From positions 1,515,404-1,579,403 of the forward strand of contig CP070719.1 of the NCBI GenBank assembly GCA_020350725.1: 64,000 nt of DNA. Reading direction: 5' to 3'. Below are positions 59,610 through 64,000 of this stretch, in pieces. Position 1 is the first letter of the stretch, and every line of letters starts with the position of its first letter. Both the position numbers and the translations under genes were made by a program. Under the pieces are notes generated by a model. The model made no database searches and was not told where the DNA came from. It saw nothing but the letters and a program-made list of their open reading frames with translations. Source of the DNA: a bacterium. Its GTDB lineage: Bacteria > BMS3Abin14.

Positions 59610-61772
59610 ATGATCAGACTGTCCGACATATTGGAGCGGGTCAAGAGCTACAACCCGAAAGCAGACCTGGAACTGATCAATCGGGCCTACGTCTACTCGG
59701 GTAAGGCTCACGCCGGACACGTGCGCATGTCCGGAGAACCCTATCTCATCCATCCCCTGGAGGTGGCGGGGATCCTCAGCGAAATGAAGATGGATGTCAC
59801 CACTATCGTGGTCGGACTTCTCCACGACACCATCGAGGATACGGATATTACACACGAAGAGATACTGGGCCATTTCGGTGACGAGGTGGCTTTTCTCGTC
59901 GATGGCCTGACGAAGATCAGCCGGCTGGAATTCGAGACGACAAGACACGCTCAGGCAGAGAACCTGCGCCGGATGATCATCTCCATGGCTCAGGACATTC
60001 GGGTCATCATGATCAAATTGGCCGATCGGCTGCACAATATGAGGACCCTCGAACATCTCAAACCGGAAAAGCGTATCAAGGTCGCCCGTGAGACCATGGA
60101 CATCTATGCTCCCCTGGCCAACAGGCTGGGAATCTCGTGGATCCAGAGCGAACTCGAGGATCTGGCCTTCCGTTATATTCACCCTGAGGCTTTTCATTCC
60201 CTTCAGGAGAAGGTCAGCGCCAAACGCAGCGAGTACGATGCCTATATCGGTGAGGTCCTGAAGGTCCTGGACAAGGCCCTGGCTGACAACGGCCTGAAAG
60301 GAGAGGTCACGGGACGGGTCAAACATCTTTACAGCATATACAACAAGATGAAGATCCAGGACCTGCCCTTCGAGCAGATCTACGATCTCATCGCCTTCAG
60401 GATCATCGTCGATTCCGTGCGGGACTGCTACGGCGTTCTCGGGATCATCCACTCCCTCTTCAGGCCTGTCCCGGGGAGGTTCAAGGACTACATCGGAGTC
60501 CCTAAATCGAACAGATACCAGTCCCTTCACACCACGGTCATCGGTCCCTTCAGGGAGCGCATGGAGGTTCAGATCAGGACACGGGAGATGCATCTGACGG
60601 CCGAGGACGGTATCGCGGCCCACTGGCGTTACAAGGAGGGCTCCAAGACCCTTCCGGAAGAGGATATCAAACGCTTCAGCTGGTTCAAGCAGATCCTGGA
60701 CGAGCTCAAGGAGGTGGAAGATCCGCGGGAGCTCATGGAGACGGTCCGGACCGACCTTTTCCCCAACGACGTCTATGTGTTCACCCCCAAGGGTGAGGTG
60801 AGGGAGTTCCCCAAGGGGGCTACCCCCATCGATTTTGCATACAGTATCCACACCGATGTCGGACATCACTGCGTAGGGGCCAAGGTGAACGGCCGAATGG
60901 TCCCCCTGAGATACAGGCTTAAGAACGGCGACATGGTGGAGATCATTACCTCGAAAGGACACAGGCCAAGCAAGGATTGGCTGAAGATCGCTTTTACGAA
61001 CAGTGCCAAATCGAAGATCCGCAGCTTTATCAAGAGGGAGGAACGGGAACGCAGCATGAAGATCGGGGAGGAACTCCTCGACAAGGAACTCAGAAAGATG
61101 GGGACCAGCCTCAAGAAGACGATAAAGACCGAGGGTTTCCAGAAGGCGGCGACCACCTTCGGTTTCCACAGGGTCGAGGACCTTATCGCTACAGTCGGGT
61201 TCGGCAAATACTCCCCCAGACAGGTACTGAGTCGGCTCTTTCCGGCCGAGGATGTGGACACCAAGCTCGGTTACAGGGGGGAGGCTAGGGAGGCTGTCCG
61301 AAAAGCCAGATCCAAGGCAAAGAAAGACGGGATCCTCGTCGACGGGGTGGATGACCTCATGGTCCGCTTTGCCCATTGCTGTAACCCCCTGCCTGGAGAC
61401 GATGTGGTGGGGATCATCACCAGGGGTAGAGGCATCTCCGTCCACACGGTGGACTGTCCCAACGTCGAGGCCGAACGCTATGACCCGGACAGGTTGGTGG
61501 ATATCAACTGGGACAGCAAAGTCAAGGTGCCCCGGACGGTGCGCATTAAAGTATCCTCAGAGGACAAGAAGGGGATCCTTGCCGAGATGACCGCTGTGAT
61601 CTCGGCAAGGAACATTAATATATCCCATGCGGACATCACCACAACCAGCGACAACAGGGCAGTCAACTTCTTCGAGGTGGACGTTGAGGACCTCGAACAG
61701 CTCCAGGACCTGATCAAGGCTCTGTCAGGGGTGCAGGGGGTGATCTCCGTCGAGCGCCTGAAAACGCAGTAA
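59610..61772 (+). CDS. relA: bifunctional (p)ppGpp synthetase/hydrolase (Rel/SpoT; HD + synthetase + TGS + ACT)
   Basis: HD motif LLHDTIEDT, synthetase, ACT end. Confidence 0.9.
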   Translation: MIRLSDILERVKSYNPKADLELINRAYVYSGKAHAGHVRMSGEPYLIHPLEVAGILSEMKMDVTTIVVGLLHDTIEDTDITHEEILGHFGDEVAFLVDGLTKISRLEFETTRHAQAENLRRMIISMAQDIRVIMIKLADRLHNMRTLEHLKPEKRIKVARETMDIYAPLANRLGISWIQSELEDLAFRYIHPEAFHSLQEKVSAKRSEYDAYIGEVLKVLDKALADNGLKGEVTGRVKHLYSIYNKMKIQDLPFEQIYDLIAFRIIVDSVRDCYGVLGIIHSLFRPVPGRFKDYIGVPKSNRYQSLHTTVIGPFRERMEVQIRTREMHLTAEDGIAAHWRYKEGSKTLPEEDIKRFSWFKQILDELKEVEDPRELMETVRTDLFPNDVYVFTPKGEVREFPKGATPIDFAYSIHTDVGHHCVGAKVNGRMVPLRYRLKNGDMVEIITSKGHRPSKDWLKIAFTNSAKSKIRSFIKREERERSMKIGEELLDKELRKMGTSLKKTIKTEGFQKAATTFGFHRVEDLIATVGFGKYSPRQVLSRLFPAEDVDTKLGYRGEAREAVRKARSKAKKDGILVDGVDDLMVRFAHCCNPLPGDDVVGIITRGRGISVHTVDCPNVEAERYDPDRLVDINWDSKVKVPRTVRIKVSSEDKKGILAEMTAVISARNINISHADITTTSDNRAVNFFEVDVEDLEQLQDLIKALSGVQGVISVERLKTQ

Positions 61773-62139
61773 AGAGTTCTCAGTTTTCCGTTCCCCGCCC
61801 CCGCGCTTTCCCCGACGATCGCTCACATGGAAGCTGGAGCGGAGACTGAAGTTATAGCGAAGGCGGGCCCCGCGTCGCTATAGCGTTCCTTCGCCCTCCG
61901 ATCCTCTCCTGCTCATATGATCCGATGCTCTAACCCACCTCCCAAAAAATGACAAAATCGTTAATTTCTGGAAAATTTTGTTCCCCAATCTATTACATTT
62001 TTGCAATCATTCGGGATGTGTCAGTTTGTATTCCTATAAAATACAACACCTTACAGGGGCGGAGAAACGGACCGGATCTTGCATCCCCACGGGCAAACGG
62101 ATTCATATTGACGTTTCCCCGTGTAAGGAGGTAATCGCG

Positions 62140-62733
62140 ATGAACAGGAAAGGATGCGGCCTGGGCCTTGTCGTAATTCTGGTGATTGCAGGAATAGCCG
62201 CCGTTCCGGGCAGCGCCACGGCGCAGGTCTGGAAGACGCATGAGGTTTACGCCAAGGGCGGTGAGACTAAATTCAAGGACTTCAGCGTCAACGATACGTC
62301 CGACTCCTATCCGATCATGGTGGTCAATGGGGACCCTGAGGGAAAGAGGCGTATCGCCAGTGCCAAGGTCATCATAGAGAACAGTTCCGGTAGCCACATC
62401 GTCTACGACCAGAGCGACTTTAACCACAAGGGCCTGAAGAGTTCCAAATCGGCGTCTTACCGTACCTATTCGACGGCTATGGGGGACGGTGTCATCGTCA
62501 AGGGAAGCAACAGGCTGATCGTGCAGGCCAACGGGAACGCAGACGCCCACATCACGGTGTCGATCAGTGTGCCTGGCGGCATCTCGAATAATTCATATGG
62601 CTTTGGTGATTGCGACGGCGATGGGGCCAATTCATATTACCAGTATCCGAGGGGGCCGGACAGCCCGAATATGTATTATGGATCCTTCAGGAACAGCCCG
62701 TGGCAAAGCTGTGAATTCATTGTAATCAGATAA
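62140..62733 (+). CDS. secreted protein of unknown function (197 aa)
   Basis: ATG 62140 with AAGGAGG SD; signal peptide MNRKGCGLGLVVILVIAGIAAVPGSATAQ; Gly/Asn/Ser/Tyr-rich mature part. Confidence 0.6.
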   Translation: MNRKGCGLGLVVILVIAGIAAVPGSATAQVWKTHEVYAKGGETKFKDFSVNDTSDSYPIMVVNGDPEGKRRIASAKVIIENSSGSHIVYDQSDFNHKGLKSSKSASYRTYSTAMGDGVIVKGSNRLIVQANGNADAHITVSISVPGGISNNSYGFGDCDGDGANSYYQYPRGPDSPNMYYGSFRNSPWQSCEFIVIR

Positions 62734-62776
62734 GATTAAATACCTTTGACAAAGGCCAAGTTTCATCACAGAATGG

Positions 62777-62809
62777 GCGTCCCATCAGGGGCGCCTGTTT
62801 TTCTCTTTT
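62777..62809 (+). terminator. rho-independent terminator
   Basis: 7-bp stem GCGTCCC-atca-GGGGCGC + U-rich. Confidence 0.65.
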
Positions 62810-62852
62810 GAAGGGGATATTTGTCGGTTTACCCAAAGGGACGGAGTGCTTT

Positions 62853-63233
62853 ATGAAGAAGGAGGTTATCTTCACGGAAAGAGCCCCGGAGGCCATCGGA
62901 CCCTACAGTCAGGGTATCGCGATGGGTGATCTCATCTTCACGGCGGGCCAGATTCCCCTGGACCCTGAAACCGGCTGGCTTGTCGAGGGGGACATCATCG
63001 TTCAGGCCAAGAGGGTCTTAAGCAACGTGGCGTCCGTTCTGGAGGAGGCGGGCAGCGGCCTCGAACGAATCCTGAGGCTGGATGTCTATATGACCGATCT
63101 GGGACAGTTCAAGGCCGTCAACGAATATCTGTCCGGAGTGTTCACTGATGATCCGCCCGCAAGGGTGACGGTGGAGGTGGCCGGACTGCCCATGGGAGCG
63201 GAGATCGAGATAGCTGCTATAGCCTCAAGATAG
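62853..63233 (+). CDS. ridA: RidA family reactive-intermediate deaminase
   Basis: MKKEVIFTERAPEAIGPYSQG. Confidence 0.85.
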   Translation: MKKEVIFTERAPEAIGPYSQGIAMGDLIFTAGQIPLDPETGWLVEGDIIVQAKRVLSNVASVLEEAGSGLERILRLDVYMTDLGQFKAVNEYLSGVFTDDPPARVTVEVAGLPMGAEIEIAAIASR

Positions 63234-63284
63234 AGACAGCTCCCGCGACTCAATGCCCACCTCCCGAGAAAATACCCCCCTGAT

Positions 63285-63316
63285 AAAAAAGACCTCGTAA
63301 TGAGGTCCTTGGATTT
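63285..63316. terminator. bidirectional terminator A6-GACCTC-gtaat-GAGGTC between convergent ridA and rpmB
   Basis: read from sequence. Confidence 0.6.
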
Positions 63317-63410
63317 CAACTTGAAATTTTCCCCCTGTGACCGGGGTGTTCTTAAGGTGAGGACGAGGGGAGGTACCCGGGATCTAGACCCTGGACACTT
63401 GACACGGTCC

Positions 63411-63605
63411 TCATACCGCCTTCTCAAAGTTGGCGGTGCGGATGCACCTGGTGCACACGGTGGCCCTGCGGACGGTCCCGTTCTCTTCCCGGATCCTGAC
63501 TTTCTGAAGGTTCGGCAGGAATCTTCTCTTCGTTTTGTTGTTGGCGTGGCTGATGTTATATCCCACCATGGGTTTCTTTCCACATATTTCACATGTCCGG
63601 GACAT
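63411..63605 (-). CDS. rpmB: 50S ribosomal protein L28
   Basis: [12 protein letters not shown]...KRRFLPNLQ. Confidence 0.9.
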   Translation of the reverse strand: MSRTCEICGKKPMVGYNISHANNKTKRRFLPNLQKVRIREENGTVRRATVCTRCIRTANFEKAV

Positions 63606-63743
63606 GATCGCCTCCTCGTAAAAACACCTTTATAATTCTTGCGGTCAAAGACTTGGATTGCTAACATAATCCCAGGGAAATTGCAAGGCCCTCGGGGCCA
63701 TGGTGGGTCGATGGCCCCCATGAAATGAAGGAGAGTGGTTGAC

Positions 63744-63953
63744 ATGGCCAAGATAACGAAAGATATGACGTTCAACGAGGTCCTCCGGGCATACCCCGAT
63801 ACCATAAAAGTCCTGAGGAAACTCAATATGCAGTGTTTCGGTTGTCTGGGAGCGGAAGCCGAATCCATCGAGTACGGCGCTATCGCACATGGCGTTGATC
63901 TCGAATCACTCCTGCAGCAACTCAACGAAGCTGTCGGTCAGGACGAAGGCTAG
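63744..63953 (+). CDS. DUF1858 domain protein (Cys-pair CFGC)
   Basis: MAKITKDMTFNEVLRAYPD...MQCFGCLGA pattern. Confidence 0.6.
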   Translation: MAKITKDMTFNEVLRAYPDTIKVLRKLNMQCFGCLGAEAESIEYGAIAHGVDLESLLQQLNEAVGQDEG

Positions 63954-64000
63954 GATATATCAACCGGAGGTGATGGACCACACCCCCTCGGCGACTCCTC

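Noticed and set aside
61940-62000. Possible sigma54 -24/-12 element (TGGAAAATTTTGTTCC) upstream of the secreted protein gene
   Set aside because: Spacing and -12 GC do not fit TGGCACG-N4-TTGCW. Only the TGG matches.
62744-62772. TTGACA-N17-CAGAAT promoter-like match upstream of ridA
   Set aside because: It sits immediately before the terminator of the preceding gene, so any transcript would terminate within 40 nt. Probably coincidental.

Overview
This is a 64-kb, roughly 60-62% GC chromosomal window from a Gram-negative bacterium. Gene content and order (pheA-hisC-DAHP synthase-tyrA-aroA-cmk-ispH-rpsA-sppA-ihfB, yicC-gmk-rpoZ-rel, ruvCAB, guaBA, a liv-type ABC operon) suggest a deltaproteobacterial/Desulfuromonadota-like organism; that taxonomic guess is inference only. 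Nearly all coding is on the + strand and is core metabolism and housekeeping. It includes malic enzyme, a GlcD/FeS lactate or glycolate oxidase pair, an initiator tRNA-fMet, a Liv-type ABC transporter, guaB/guaA, dnaE, accA, aromatic amino-acid genes, rpsA, ruvCAB, der, rplM-rpsI, argC and the gmk-rpoZ-rel stringent-response operon. There is one - strand amino-acid ABC operon. The long antisense ORFs in the six-frame track are GC-rich frame artefacts. Several elements are not housekeeping: (1) a pervasive family of degenerate heptanucleotide (7-bp period) tandem arrays in intergenic regions, sometimes as inverted pairs around AT-rich spacers and once reaching into a gene's 3' end; (2) a sigma54-type promoter driving a DUF374 acyltransferase-like protein, a flippase-like membrane protein and a degenerate metallophosphoesterase-like::GT4 glycosyltransferase fusion, a candidate lipid or glycolipid remodelling cassette; (3) a triad made of an AMIN-domain protein, a membrane-anchored dual-receiver protein with a roughly 400-aa coiled coil, and a TPR-receiver protein, directly upstream of DUF4416-yicC-gmk-rpoZ-rel; (4) a decayed tRNA-fMet paralogue about 250 bp downstream of the intact tRNA; (5) a divergent promoter pair built on identical 11-bp inverted-repeat arms plus AATGCATT palindromes; (6) a convergent secreted trio of a TlpA-like thioredoxin, an SNase-like nuclease and a TPR/HExxH peptidase. 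No CRISPR array, IS element, integrase or recognisable defence island was seen.
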